Shown: positions 33,255-43,837 of the stretch, piece by piece | Position numbering within the stretch: the stretch's first letter is position 1 | Layout of the letters: every line of letters begins with the position of its first letter | Assembly (NCBI GenBank): GCA_016214895.1 | Contig: JACRMR010000025.1 | Span: 142,222-206,221 of the forward strand | Source of the DNA: Candidatus Zhuqueibacterota bacterium | Lineage (GTDB): Bacteria > Electryoneota > RPQS01 | Length of the DNA: 64,000 nucleotides | Reading direction: 5' to 3' | The notes under the pieces: generated by a model | The model's database searches: none | The model's input: the letters and a program-made list of their open reading frames with translations, nothing else | What the model was told of the DNA's origin: nothing | Made by a program: the position numbers and the translations under genes

Positions 33255-35990
33255 TCAATTGAAGGCGCGGTCCGTCAACTCCGCCTGCTCGCGCTCGTGT
33301 TGTTCGACAAATCCCGAGGCGGACGAACTGGATTCCTTGCGGCAGATGACGTCGAGGTCATAATCGGTCAGCTTGCGCCGCAGATAGCTCCAGGCGCCGA
33401 AATTTTCCGGCTCTTCCTGCACCCAGTGAGTGGATTTCACCGCCTTGTATTTCTGCAAAATCGCCGCGAGCTGCTCGGTCGGCAACGGGTAGTACTGCTC
33501 GAGACGCACCAGCGCCACGTCCTTGCGTTTGTCGCGCTCGCGGCGCTCGAGCAACTGGTAATACAGCTTGCCGGACGTCAAGATCAGCCGAGTCACGGCC
33601 TTGGGATCCGCCGGCGCGTCGTCGATCAACTCGTGGAAGCGCGTCCCCGGTCCAAAGGCTTCCAGCGGACTCACGCAGAGCGGGTGACGCAGCAGGCTCT
33701 TCGGCGAAAGCACGATCAGCGGCTTGCGGAACGGTCGCGCGAATTGACGACGCAACGCGTGAAAGAAATTGGCGGGCGTCGAGCAGTTTACCACTTGAAT
33801 GTTGTGATCCGCGGCCAACTGCAGAAAGCGCTCGGGTCTGCCGGACGTGTGCTCCGGACCCTGCCCTTCCGCGCCGTGCGGCAGCAACATCACCAGCCCG
33901 TTCTGGTGCTTCCATTTCACCTCGCCGCCGATCACGAATTGGTCGATGATGATCTGCGCGCCGTTGGCAAAATCGCCGAACTGGGCCTCCCAGACCGTCA
34001 GGGCCTCCGGCATCGCCATCGCGAAGCCGTACTCAAAACCCAACACGGCCATCTCCGACAACAGCGAATTGTAGATTTGAAACGAGGCCTGCTGCTCGCT
34101 GACGTGATGCAGCGGACAATACTCCTCTTCCGAATCTTCAATCCGCAGGATCGCGTGGCGATGAGAAAATGTCCCGCGCTCGACATCCTGACCCGTGATT
34201 CGCACCGGACGTCCTTCGTTCACGAGCGAGCCGTAGGCCAATAACTCGCCCATGGCCCAATCGAGCTTGTTGTGTTCGTCGAGCAGGTGACGCCGGTCGC
34301 TGAGAATCTTCACGACCTTCTGAAAGAAGGCCTTTCCGGCGGGCAAGTCGGTGAGCTTTTCCGAGATCTTGCGCGCGGTCTTTAACTCAATGCCGGTGAT
34401 TGGAGATTCGACGAAGTCCGGCGCCGTCGCCAGCCGGTAATGCTGCCAGACCTCCTCAGTGAAGGATGGCTCCAGTTCGGCGGGCTGCTGTTTGGCCTGT
34501 TCGTACTTGCGCTGACAGAGATCCTGAAAATCGCTCTGCAGCCGGCGCGCCTCGACCTCCGTCAAGGTGCCCCGCTCGATCAGCTTGCGCGAGTAAATCT
34601 CCAGCAAGTTCGGATGCCGGGCGATGGCCTTGTAGAGGATCGGCTGCGTGAACCGCGGTTCGTCGCCTTCGTTGTGCCCGTACTTGCGATAACCGAGGAT
34701 GTCGATGAACACGTCACGATTGAATTGCTGGCGGAATTCCAGCGCCAGTTGAACCGTGTACACCACCGCTTCCACGTCATCGCCGTTCACATGAAACACC
34801 GGCGACAGCGTGACTTTGGCGACGTCCGTGCAATACGTACTTGACCGCGCGTCCAGATAATTGGTCGTGAAACCGACCTGATTGTTCAACACGACGTGCA
34901 CGGTGCCGCCGGTGCGGTACCCGTCCAGCGTGGACATCTGAAGCAGCTCGTAAATCACGCCCTGACCCGCGATCGAGGCGTCGCCGTGCACGACAATCGG
35001 CGCAATCCGTTTCAGGTCGCTGCCATAGCGATGGTCCAGCTTGGCTCGAACGAGGCCCTCGACAATCGGGTCCACGGCCTCCAGATGCGACGGGTTGGGA
35101 CAAACCGACAACTTCACGCGTTTGCCGCTGCGCGTGAGGCGTTCACACGCATGACCAAGATGGTACTTAACGTCGCCCGCGAAGGCATTGTCCGCGTAAC
35201 TCTTGCCCTCGAACTCCGCGAAGATGTGATCGAGCTCCTTGCCCAGAATGTTCGGCAGGATCGTCAAGCGTCCGCGATGGGCCATGCCGATCACGAATTC
35301 TTCGATCCCCAGATTTGCACCCAGTTCGACAATCGCGTCCATCGCCGGAATGAACGCGTCCACGCCTTCGAGAGAAAATCGCTTCTGACCGACAAACCGG
35401 CTGTGCATGAACTTCTCGAGCACCACCGTCCGCGTGATGTTGTCGAGAATCTGCAATTGTTCGTCCCGCGTAAAATTGCGCCGGTTCCGCGTCGATTCCA
35501 TCCGCGTCCGCAGCCAGTCCCGCATCTTGGGGTGCGGAATGTACATGTACTCAACCGCGACCGACTGGCAATACGTCTCATCGAGCAGTTGCACGATGTC
35601 ACGCAGCCGCGCCGGGCCCAGACCGACCTCGCGACCGGCCTCAAACACGGTGTTCAAGTCCGACTCGCCGAGTCCAAACCGTTCCAACGTGAGCGGGTCT
35701 TCGTACTTCCGCCGTTCGCGAACCGGATTCGTCTTCGTGAACAGGTGCCCGCGCTCACGATACTCCTCGATCATCGCCAGCACCCGCGACTCCTTGACGA
35801 ATTTCTCCGAGGCCACGGCGGACCCACCGACCTCACCGTTCATCGAGCGCGCGAAGTCGAAGCCTTCGAAAAACTTCCGCCAAGTCAGGTCGATGGACTC
35901 GGGGTTCGCCAGAAACTGACGATAGATATCCTCAATGACGCCGGGATCCGCGTTGGCGAGGTAAGTATGACTGCGTGTTTCCGTGGACAT
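33255..35990 (-). CDS. sucA: 2-oxoglutarate dehydrogenase E1 component
   Basis: ~911 aa from ATG 35990 (the track ORF starts at TTG 36014). N-terminus YLANADPGVIEDIYRQFLANPESIDLTWRKFF and length typical of SucA. Immediately upstream of sucB. Confidence 0.9.
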   Translation of the reverse strand: MSTETRSHTYLANADPGVIEDIYRQFLANPESIDLTWRKFFEGFDFARSMNGEVGGSAVASEKFVKESRVLAMIEEYRERGHLFTKTNPVRERRKYEDPLTLERFGLGESDLNTVFEAGREVGLGPARLRDIVQLLDETYCQSVAVEYMYIPHPKMRDWLRTRMESTRNRRNFTRDEQLQILDNITRTVVLEKFMHSRFVGQKRFSLEGVDAFIPAMDAIVELGANLGIEEFVIGMAHRGRLTILPNILGKELDHIFAEFEGKSYADNAFAGDVKYHLGHACERLTRSGKRVKLSVCPNPSHLEAVDPIVEGLVRAKLDHRYGSDLKRIAPIVVHGDASIAGQGVIYELLQMSTLDGYRTGGTVHVVLNNQVGFTTNYLDARSSTYCTDVAKVTLSPVFHVNGDDVEAVVYTVQLALEFRQQFNRDVFIDILGYRKYGHNEGDEPRFTQPILYKAIARHPNLLEIYSRKLIERGTLTEVEARRLQSDFQDLCQRKYEQAKQQPAELEPSFTEEVWQHYRLATAPDFVESPITGIELKTARKISEKLTDLPAGKAFFQKVVKILSDRRHLLDEHNKLDWAMGELLAYGSLVNEGRPVRITGQDVERGTFSHRHAILRIEDSEEEYCPLHHVSEQQASFQIYNSLLSEMAVLGFEYGFAMAMPEALTVWEAQFGDFANGAQIIIDQFVIGGEVKWKHQNGLVMLLPHGAEGQGPEHTSGRPERFLQLAADHNIQVVNCSTPANFFHALRRQFARPFRKPLIVLSPKSLLRHPLCVSPLEAFGPGTRFHELIDDAPADPKAVTRLILTSGKLYYQLLERRERDKRKDVALVRLEQYYPLPTEQLAAILQKYKAVKSTHWVQEEPENFGAWSYLRRKLTDYDLDVICRKESSSSASGFVEQHEREQAELTDRAFN

Positions 35991-36089
35991 GACTGGTGAG
36001 CCTGAAGCGGTCAATCCGACGGACGGACTCGATCAAGCTTTTCGATTACAAAACCTTAGACGCTAAATTGGATGAGTTGACGAATATAT

Positions 36090-36118
36090 AATGTAGCCAA
36101 AACCAGCGCCCGAGTCAA
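36090..36118 (-). promoter_or_regulatory. sigma70-like promoter of sucAB
   Basis: Minus strand reads TTGACT (36118..36113), 17-nt spacer, TACATT (36095..36090). Confidence 0.45.
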
Positions 36119-36294
36119 GTTGGCTGACCGCCAGGAGCGAGCTGTGGCGAGGTCCGGGCGATGAACCGACGGGGAGTTGGATGGCCATTCCCGGCTCGAT
36201 AACCTCGCCACTCGACGTTCTGTTCCACGACCTACGATTTCGCCTGATGTAATTGTTTATTAATACGATGTTTAATGTTCTACTGAAAACGCGA

Positions 36295-36325
36295 AAACCG
36301 GACAGGCGCTTGGCCTGTCCGGTTT
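36295..36325 (-). terminator. intrinsic terminator of the lipoprotein gene
   Basis: Minus-strand RNA is AAACCGGACAGGC-CAAG-GCCUGUCCGGUUU followed by UCGCGUUUUC, about 30 nt after the stop at 36354. Confidence 0.7.
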
Positions 36326-36353
36326 GTTTGAAGTGAGCAACCGCGATCTGTCC

Positions 36354-37277
36354 TTAGCCGATGACGCGGTAGGGGCAGGCCCAGCCGCCGGCGTCATAGG
36401 GTCCCTCTGAATCGTACATGGTTTCCCAGTCCATAAAGTCAATCGCTGCATGAAATAAGCCCGGTCGAGATGGTGCGAGGTACGATCCCGTATAGACTCC
36501 ATCTCCGGCGACTTCGTCCGGCGACACGCCGTCATCCAGCAGTGGGAGGCGAACCAGACGCCCCGCCCGGTAAGCGAAGGGATGCAGGACCGAGAAAGCC
36601 GGATCAGAGAGGTTGGCGGTAGCTTTGATTGTCAGCTCTTGTTCCGCACTCACGGTCAGTACGGTCTCGCGGTTCAAGTATGTGTTGAGCGGATCCGTGA
36701 GGTCGAGCAGCGTGACCGGCCCGGAATCGCTCGCGGCGATGACTTGCAGCCGGATCGGAGACACGGTGTGTGGATTCGGGGTGCTGCTTTCCAGAGTCTC
36801 CGGGGTGACCTCCGTAATGCGCCAGTTCAACCGGGGGAAGCGCGTCCGATCGACGCGTATCGCATGGGCCTTGCGCACGCATGTATTGTACATCGGCTTT
36901 TCGATCGCGGTCGGCACTCCGCCGGTCGTATCGGTGACTAACCGAAGCACACCGTTCCATTGCCGGGTCCGGGTGATCGTCGCCAGTGTGTCGCCGCTGA
37001 ATTCCACCACGATGGCCACCTGAGACCGATGCCCAATCCGCGCCCAGCGAAGCGGCGAAATGACCTCATCGGTTGACCCGCCGCCGGTATCGTCGCTGGC
37101 CCAGGAGTCCACATCGTCCAGCTCCACATCTTCGGTCATCATGGCGATGAGCGCCTGCTCATCCGTCTCCGCGGAGCTTTGGTCGCCGTCGTCCGTGGAC
37201 TTGTCGGAGCAACCGACAAGCGCCAACGCGGCGATGCCAAGCAGGACTGGAGCCCAGCGTATCTGATTCGTTTTCAT
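36354..37277 (-). CDS. lipoprotein, function unknown
   Basis: 307-aa ORF. Lipobox LALVGC after the signal peptide MKTNQIRWAPVLLGIAA. SD GGAGAG upstream. Confidence 0.6.
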   Translation of the reverse strand: MKTNQIRWAPVLLGIAALALVGCSDKSTDDGDQSSAETDEQALIAMMTEDVELDDVDSWASDDTGGGSTDEVISPLRWARIGHRSQVAIVVEFSGDTLATITRTRQWNGVLRLVTDTTGGVPTAIEKPMYNTCVRKAHAIRVDRTRFPRLNWRITEVTPETLESSTPNPHTVSPIRLQVIAASDSGPVTLLDLTDPLNTYLNRETVLTVSAEQELTIKATANLSDPAFSVLHPFAYRAGRLVRLPLLDDGVSPDEVAGDGVYTGSYLAPSRPGLFHAAIDFMDWETMYDSEGPYDAGGWACPYRVIG

Positions 37278-37664
37278 GAGGTAACTCTCCTCTTATCGGG
37301 ATTGAAGTGATCTAACGGTCGATTGGTCACGCTTCCACACATTAGTGGCTCCCGGTCGGCAAAAGGTTTAACCATGCACGCAGACCATCATGGAATAATT
37401 TCGAGTTGTTTGGAGGACCTCATGGACTTTGCGTGGTCTTTTGCGACAATGCTGAGGCAAAACCACTACATGAGACGGGTCGCAGCAGGCCTTGCCCGAG
37501 AGCATGCTGCAAGACGGAGACCGAGCTTGAAAGGGAACGCCGCCGACCCGACAATCCTGCTCTAACTTATTATAAAATTATCTATTAAGTGTGGTCAGAG
37601 ACCCCAGACCGAGGGGCAAGCGGAACTGCCTACCTCAGTTTGCCAAAGATTGCCCTAAGTTCAC

Positions 37665-37693
37665 TTGACTCCTATAGCTAAATCCCGTACCTT
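37665..37693 (+). promoter_or_regulatory. sigma70-like promoter of the giant FN3 protein gene
   Basis: TTGACT, 17-nt spacer, TACCTT. About 50 nt upstream of the ATG, which has an AAGGAG SD. Confidence 0.45.
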
Positions 37694-37745
37694 AGTCATG
37701 TTAATGGACATTCCGGTCTCCGTCCTGCCTAAGGAGTAAACGACT

Positions 37746-40700
37746 ATGATCAAGCAGATCTGCTTTCTTTGCCTATCCTTGTTGCTGTTCAGCGTGGCTG
37801 CCTGGGCGCAGCCGTTCGCCGCGATTATCTATAATCTTGAAACCACGCTAACCACGACCTGTGGCGGCGATGTGTGCATCCCGGACGGGACCCCGATCCA
37901 GATCTTCTGGGATAACGATAATAACGGACCGGACGCGGACGACCCGCCGCCGCCGATCTGCGGGGTTACGCCACCCGACAGTGCCAATGACTGCGATCGC
38001 AGCACGCTCGTCATGAATGGTGACGAGTTACTGGGTCTCTGCGGTATGTTCTACTCAGAGGACACGTTTAACTCGTGCATCCAGCTTCCGAATCCGCCGG
38101 TCTATTTTCTACGCGTGTGTTTCGGCGGGATTCACTGGCAGTGCGCCTCGTTTACGTTGGCGTCGGGCATTCAGGAAGTCAACACGACGGGTTGGGTTTG
38201 CATCGATCAGCCGTGCGCCGGCTGCCCCGCGCCGCAGGCCCCGACCGCGATGTCGGCTACCGACAACCTCTGTTCGCTGATCGACGTGAATTGGAGTTAC
38301 TCGGACACGGTGCAAAGCGTGGACTCATTTCTCGTGTATCGTGACGGGATACTAATCGGTTCGACTGCTTATGCCGGCGGCACTGATTTCACCTTCAGCG
38401 ACAGCACCGCCGCTTCCGGCCAGACTTATCTGTACGGAGTCGAGGCACGCCGAGTCTGCACAGACCCGGCAGATTCGTCCGTCTCCTCGCGCATCAGCGA
38501 CGGCGGTACGCGCCCCCCGCAGCCGCCGATTCCGACCGCGGTGACAGCCAGCGACAATTTCTGCGATTCGGTCGTGGTCTCGTTTAGCTATGGTACAAAC
38601 CTGGGGGTCGATTCCTTCCTGGTCAAACGCAATGGCGTGCGTGTCGCCGCCATCGTCGCGCAGGGTGTCCCCGGTGCGCGTTCGGTGCGGCATACGGGCG
38701 CTCCCGCGGGTGTCGCTGCCTACACGGTTGTCGGCAAGAACGTACTCTGCGGAGAGGGAACGCCTTCCGCAGCGGATAATGGTTCCAATCTCGATCTATT
38801 GGCGCCCGCGAATTTCAGCGCCTCCGATGATCAGCCGAGCACCGTGATTCTCAACTGGAGCGATATCACCGGGGAGACCGGATATTCCATCTGGCGCGCC
38901 AATCAGGACGGCTCCGGCCCGGCGCAAATCGGCACGGTGGCAGCTAACATTATCACCTTCACCGACATCAATTGCACACAGGGTGTCGTCCGGCAGTATT
39001 GGGTGTATGGGACCGGCGGCGCGTGCGGAAACGGCGACGCCTCCGTGCATGACAACGGATCGTGCGGCAGCGGGCCGCCCCCGGTGCCGACCGTTCAGGC
39101 CACGGACAATCTGTGTGACAATATCGTGGTCACGTGGAACAACGTCGTGAATGAAACGGGCTACAATGTCTATCGCGATGCCGTGCTGCTGGGCTCGACC
39201 GCCGCGGACGTCACGATTTTCACGGACAATACGGCGGCCTCTGGAGCCACGTACAGCTACACCGTTTCCGCCTTCAATGTGGACGGCGAGAGTGATCAGA
39301 GTACGCCCGATAACGGCACCCGGCTGGGTATTCCGCCGGTGGTTCCCAACGTGGTCGCGACGGACACGAGTTGTTTCAATGTTCTCATCACGTGGACTAA
39401 CGTGAACGGCGAGGCCGGTTATGTGGTGACCCGAAATGGAAACCAAATCGGCGCGGTTGGTGCGGACGCCGTTAGCTTTACGGACAATGCCGCGACTCCG
39501 GGTACCGTTTACACCTACGGAGTTGCGGCATTCAATGCCTGCGGGCAGGGTGAGGCCGGGCAAGATCAAGGGACGCGCACGGCCGGCGCTCCGGCCACGC
39601 CGACCGGATTGACCGCCAGCGACAACACCTGCAACGTCGTGAACGTCGTCTGGAACGATGTCGCCACGGAGACTTCGTACGGAATCGTCCGCTCGAACAA
39701 CGATGGCTCTAATCCGGAGACCATCGGGACCAATGCGGCCAATGACACGACGTTCGATGACAACACCGCGACGTTCGGAGTCACGTTCCGCTACTGGGTG
39801 GTCGGACACAACGAGTGCGGCTCCAGTGAAGTCTCGGCGTTCGACGCGGGTTCGCGGATCACGACGCCGCCGCAAGTCGTGGGTGTGCTGGTGACGAATG
39901 CGACCCGCTGTGACTCCGTGGTCGTGACCTGGACCGATGTCGCCGGGGAGACGCAGTACAGCGTGCTGCGAAACAGCACAGTGATTGGAACCGTCGCTGC
40001 AAACGTGGTCCGCTTCGCGGACGCGACCGCCGTGCCCGGAACCGTGTATTCCTATCAGGTCCAGGCCGTCAACACCTGTGGTAACGGAACGATCAGCGAC
40101 GGAGTGCAGGGTTCCCTTCACGCTCCGGCGGGTCCGGTCACGAACGTCGTTGCTTCCGATGACAACTGCCTGCAGGTCCTGATCACGTGGAATGCGCAGG
40201 CCGGTATCGACAGCTTTGTGGTCTTCCGCAGTGCTGTACGTTTGGCCGCCGTTTCCGGAGGCACAACTTCTTATGCGGATGTTACGGCTGCCGTGGGTGT
40301 GACCTATGCCTACACCGTCGTCGCGTATAATCTATGCGGCGCTGGACCGGCTTCTACTCCCGACAACGGGACACGCACATCAGGTGCGCTGCCGCCCGTT
40401 GGCACGGTGACCGCGACCAACGACCTCTGCGCAACCGTGGTGGTCGATTGGTCGAACATCGCCGAGGAAGACTCGTTCCAGATTCGTCGCGATGGCCTTC
40501 GGATCGGAGGCACGGCGGCGAATGTGCTCACGTTCACGGACGGAACGGCTCAAGTCGGTGTCACTTACAGTTATACGATCGTGGCCTACAACGTCTGCGG
40601 TGAAGGCGCGAGTTCCGCGCCTGCTTCCGGCGGACTTGCTCCGCGACCGGCGGCTCCGGCCTCCGTTACCATCCTCGCCGGGTGTCCGACTCTGGAAGTC

Positions 40701-42944
40701 AACTGGTCGCTATCCAGCGGCGCGTTGACTTACATCGTCACCCGGGACGGTGCGACGATTGCCACGGTCAATCACCCTACGGACAGCTACGTGGACGATC
40801 CGGGCGACAACGCCCCGCATGCTTATCAAGTCACCGCGTCCAATGCTTGCGGCGCGGGACTCCCCAGCGCGAGTGTTAACGGCCAACGGCAGGGCAACAC
40901 TCCGCCCCCCACCAACCTGGCCATCGATCAGAGCAATTGCGGCCTCGTGATTCTAACCTGGGACCCGACACCGGATACCGAGGGGAGCATCATCTACCGC
41001 AATGGCGCAGCCCTCGACACGGTGGCGGCCGACGTGAGTTGGTATTTCGACAGCCCGCCGGGAGGGGATAACGTCTATTGGGTTTCCGCGTACACCGCCG
41101 AGTGCGGCGAAAGCGTGCCCTCGGTGAACGTCACCATAACCGTCGATCAGCCCGCGATTTTCGGACAGTCGTTCGCGACGGCCAATCTGCCCGCCGGCTG
41201 GACCGTCCAGCATCTCGGCTCGACCACCGATCCATGGCACATTCAGAACTTCGGTGACGGCAACTTCGCTCCGCAAACTTCTCTGCAAGGGACGGCAGTG
41301 GCCGCGCTCGAATATCTGGTGTCTCCGATTCTCGATTTGACGGGAGCGAGTGATCTTACGATCAGCTTTGTCTCCAAGATGCGGGACAATCCGGGCGCCT
41401 TTGGCTACCTGCAAGCGTCACTGGACAGCGGCAATACGTGGCCGTTCGACCTGTTGACCTTGATCGGCAACGATACGATCATCGCGAGCCGTCACCTGTC
41501 GGTCGTCTTCAACGGCGCGACCGGTGCGCGCTTCCGCTGGAAATTCACCGGCAGCTGTTCGCAGCCTGCCGCCTGGTCGATCGATGACATCCGGATTTGC
41601 GGCACCGTCACGGATGCCCCGGCACCATCGACGATTACCGGCTTCGAGGTCGCCGACAACTCGAATGGCAGCGTTACGCTGTCGTGGGATGCTGCCCGCA
41701 GTATCTTCTTCGCGGGTTACGACCTCGCCTACGGGATGAACGGGGACCTCAGTGACGCCACGTTGCTGAGCTCGAACGACTATCTCGAACTGGCCGAAAT
41801 CGGCTGCGGACTCTTCGCCGTGAATGGATTGGAACCGAATCTGCCGTACTTCTTCGCCGTTCGCATGCGGGATCAGTTCGGGAATGCGTCGGACTTCTCG
41901 GAGATCGTGAGCGCCAGCGCGATGCCGGAACAGAGCGGCCCGCTGCTGGAAAACCCGCACGCCGACGAACATGGCAGTTGGTGGAACACCGAGCAGGTCG
42001 TCATCCCGGTTCGCGTGATTGACGCCAGCGCGGTTGATCTATCGACGCTCGAAATCCGGGCCGACCTCGATGGCAACGGCAGTTACGAGGAAGCCGAGGG
42101 TTGGCAGCCGGCGGTTATTCTCGGACAGGACCCAGAGGGGGTCATGTCGATTGCGGCGACCTTCCCGACCGAAGGCGCCGGATTGCGGTACGAATTGCGC
42201 GCCACGGACGAGTGGGGCAACATCGGCTACAGCGGTGACGAGCAAACCGCAGGCATCGCCGACGACTGGAGCGTGAACGTCGATCTGACGGCCCCGGAAC
42301 CGGTCGAGAATTTCGCCCCGTCAAGCTGGACGACGACGGAGATGATTCAGCTCGTCTGGCTGCCGTCGAATGATATCAGTGCGTCGCATTACGAGATCTA
42401 TCTGGGCACGCACCCGGACATCACCGAGCTTGACGCGCTGTGGGATGCCAAGCAGGATCCGGCGCTCGCAAATCGGGATACTTACTACACGACGATTGAA
42501 GGCCTCGCTCCCGCGACCGTCTATTACTTCCGCATGCGGACGATCGATGCGGCCGGGCACGTCGGCGAATGGTCGGAAGAGATCTCCGTCGCTACGGTCG
42601 GTGAGATCGCCGCGTCCGCCATCGACGACCTGACGATTCACACCGTTATGGTCGGCGAGCACAAGGATCAGGTCGCGGTGCAATTGCGCTGGTCACCGGT
42701 TTCGACGGACGTGAACGGCAACGCGATCCCGGTCAGCGGCTATCGCATCTACGCGAATTCCGACGTCGAGTATGCTCCGGCGGTGGAGCTGCTGATTGGC
42801 GAATCCACGTCGTCCGAATTCGTGATCGAGAATCTGGCTACACTGTCCGGAAGTACCTTCTTCACGGTCACCGCGGTAGTCGGCCAGAGTGACGGGTCGG
42901 AGGGCAGTACTCCGGTGCAGATCGATGGGTCGATCCGCCGGTAG
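37746..42944 (+). CDS. giant secreted protein: 11 tandem Cys-paired FN3-like modules, a central globular domain, and further FN3-like domains
   Basis: 1732-aa ORF with a signal peptide (FLCLSLLLFSVAAWA). Module consensus is T-A-S/T-D-N-x-C-x-x-V-x-V-x-W...Y-x-V-x-R...F-T-D...G-x-x-Y-x-Y-x-V-x-A-x-N-x-C-G-x-G. Confidence 0.8.
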   Translation: MIKQICFLCLSLLLFSVAAWAQPFAAIIYNLETTLTTTCGGDVCIPDGTPIQIFWDNDNNGPDADDPPPPICGVTPPDSANDCDRSTLVMNGDELLGLCGMFYSEDTFNSCIQLPNPPVYFLRVCFGGIHWQCASFTLASGIQEVNTTGWVCIDQPCAGCPAPQAPTAMSATDNLCSLIDVNWSYSDTVQSVDSFLVYRDGILIGSTAYAGGTDFTFSDSTAASGQTYLYGVEARRVCTDPADSSVSSRISDGGTRPPQPPIPTAVTASDNFCDSVVVSFSYGTNLGVDSFLVKRNGVRVAAIVAQGVPGARSVRHTGAPAGVAAYTVVGKNVLCGEGTPSAADNGSNLDLLAPANFSASDDQPSTVILNWSDITGETGYSIWRANQDGSGPAQIGTVAANIITFTDINCTQGVVRQYWVYGTGGACGNGDASVHDNGSCGSGPPPVPTVQATDNLCDNIVVTWNNVVNETGYNVYRDAVLLGSTAADVTIFTDNTAASGATYSYTVSAFNVDGESDQSTPDNGTRLGIPPVVPNVVATDTSCFNVLITWTNVNGEAGYVVTRNGNQIGAVGADAVSFTDNAATPGTVYTYGVAAFNACGQGEAGQDQGTRTAGAPATPTGLTASDNTCNVVNVVWNDVATETSYGIVRSNNDGSNPETIGTNAANDTTFDDNTATFGVTFRYWVVGHNECGSSEVSAFDAGSRITTPPQVVGVLVTNATRCDSVVVTWTDVAGETQYSVLRNSTVIGTVAANVVRFADATAVPGTVYSYQVQAVNTCGNGTISDGVQGSLHAPAGPVTNVVASDDNCLQVLITWNAQAGIDSFVVFRSAVRLAAVSGGTTSYADVTAAVGVTYAYTVVAYNLCGAGPASTPDNGTRTSGALPPVGTVTATNDLCATVVVDWSNIAEEDSFQIRRDGLRIGGTAANVLTFTDGTAQVGVTYSYTIVAYNVCGEGASSAPASGGLAPRPAAPASVTILAGCPTLEVNWSLSSGALTYIVTRDGATIATVNHPTDSYVDDPGDNAPHAYQVTASNACGAGLPSASVNGQRQGNTPPPTNLAIDQSNCGLVILTWDPTPDTEGSIIYRNGAALDTVAADVSWYFDSPPGGDNVYWVSAYTAECGESVPSVNVTITVDQPAIFGQSFATANLPAGWTVQHLGSTTDPWHIQNFGDGNFAPQTSLQGTAVAALEYLVSPILDLTGASDLTISFVSKMRDNPGAFGYLQASLDSGNTWPFDLLTLIGNDTIIASRHLSVVFNGATGARFRWKFTGSCSQPAAWSIDDIRICGTVTDAPAPSTITGFEVADNSNGSVTLSWDAARSIFFAGYDLAYGMNGDLSDATLLSSNDYLELAEIGCGLFAVNGLEPNLPYFFAVRMRDQFGNASDFSEIVSASAMPEQSGPLLENPHADEHGSWWNTEQVVIPVRVIDASAVDLSTLEIRADLDGNGSYEEAEGWQPAVILGQDPEGVMSIAATFPTEGAGLRYELRATDEWGNIGYSGDEQTAGIADDWSVNVDLTAPEPVENFAPSSWTTTEMIQLVWLPSNDISASHYEIYLGTHPDITELDALWDAKQDPALANRDTYYTTIEGLAPATVYYFRMRTIDAAGHVGEWSEEISVATVGEIAASAIDDLTIHTVMVGEHKDQVAVQLRWSPVSTDVNGNAIPVSGYRIYANSDVEYAPAVELLIGESTSSEFVIENLATLSGSTFFTVTAVVGQSDGSEGSTPVQIDGSIRR
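38232..41145 (+). repeat. 11 tandem ~85-95-codon FN3-like coding repeats
   Basis: Counted by eye from the translated ORF. Each module carries the D-N-x-C and N-x-C-G Cys pair. The DNA copies are diverged, not identical. Confidence 0.75.
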
Positions 42945-42974
42945 TTGTTAGCAAGGTGCTTCGTTTGAAGACGC

Positions 42975-43010
42975 CGAGGGGCATGCCGGAAGGTGTGCCC
43001 TTCGCTTTTT
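42975..43010 (+). terminator. intrinsic terminator
   Basis: CGAGGGGCAUGCC-GGAA-GGUGUGCCCUUCG followed by CUUUUUGCC. Confidence 0.7.
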
Positions 43011-43020
43011 GCCCCGGGAC

Positions 43021-43049
43021 TTGACTTTTCAGTTCGCGGTGCTTATATT
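43021..43049 (+). promoter_or_regulatory. sigma70-like promoter of the TetR-efflux operon
   Basis: TTGACT, 17-nt spacer, TATATT. Confidence 0.55.
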
Positions 43050-43063
43050 ATCGTTTGACTTAA

Positions 43064-43075
43064 TCAGTTGACTGA
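43064..43075. promoter_or_regulatory. candidate TetR operator (palindrome TCAGT-TG-ACTGA)
   Basis: 5+5 palindrome located just downstream of the -10 element and upstream of the tetR-family gene. TTGACT is also repeated at 43055 and 43068. Confidence 0.3.
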
Positions 43076-43105
43076 CTGCATCTATTACGTAAAGCGATAA
43101 TCTGA

Positions 43106-43837
43106 ATGAGTTTGGCCGATCAAGCAGACAGAAATCCGGCGATCAGGAACGGTGCGGATGACGGCTTTGACCGAATTCTAAACCGAATCCCGGAACACCT
43201 CCGACCGCCGGAGCCGGGGTCGCCACGGGGCCGGATCCTGAGCGCGGCGCGCCGCCTGTTCGCCGAGCAAGGCCTCGAAGCCACTTCCACCCGCGAAATC
43301 GCCGATGCCGCTGAAGTGAATCTGGCCATGATCCACTATTACTTCGGCAGCAAAGAACAGCTCTATCGTCGGACTATCGCCGGGATGATCCTCGAGCTGT
43401 TTCAGCAGGTCGCCGACAGCATTCAAGCCGAGCTGCCTCCGGCGCAGCGACTCATGCAATTCCCCCTGTTGATCATGAAAGCGATGCGCGACTCACCCAC
43501 CACGGCCGCGATCATGCGCCGCGAAATCGCCAACGGCGCGCCGCAGGTCCGAGAGGTTGTCCGTTCGCTGGGGGAGTTGGGTCCGCAGGGGTTCGCGCAA
43601 GTCTTCGCGGCACTGTACCACGAGGCTGTCGCATCCGGCGAAGTGCGGAGCCTGCCCGTGGACGCCGTGCGTGAATTTGTGATTTCACTGGCCTACAGTT
43701 CCGTGTTTATGGGGCCGCTCTTTCAATTGATCCCCCGCGAAAACAGCGGCGACCCCGAAATCGCCTGGCAAGAACGCCATGAGGTGTTCGCGAAGCTGCT
43801 TCAGCACGCACTCCTTGTGGAACCAAAATCGACATGA
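43106..43837 (+). CDS. TetR/AcrR family transcriptional regulator
   Basis: 243-aa ORF. HTH region ILSAARRLFAEQGLEATSTREIADAAEVNLAMIHYYFGSKEQLY. Confidence 0.85.
   Translation: MSLADQADRNPAIRNGADDGFDRILNRIPEHLRPPEPGSPRGRILSAARRLFAEQGLEATSTREIADAAEVNLAMIHYYFGSKEQLYRRTIAGMILELFQQVADSIQAELPPAQRLMQFPLLIMKAMRDSPTTAAIMRREIANGAPQVREVVRSLGELGPQGFAQVFAALYHEAVASGEVRSLPVDAVREFVISLAYSSVFMGPLFQLIPRENSGDPEIAWQERHEVFAKLLQHALLVEPKST

Noticed and set aside
42618-42944. Canonical T9SS C-terminal domain, PEP-CTERM or LPXTG sorting signals on the giant secreted proteins.
   Set aside because: None of the C-termini shows these signatures. Only the FN3-like module, reported as a finding, is shared.
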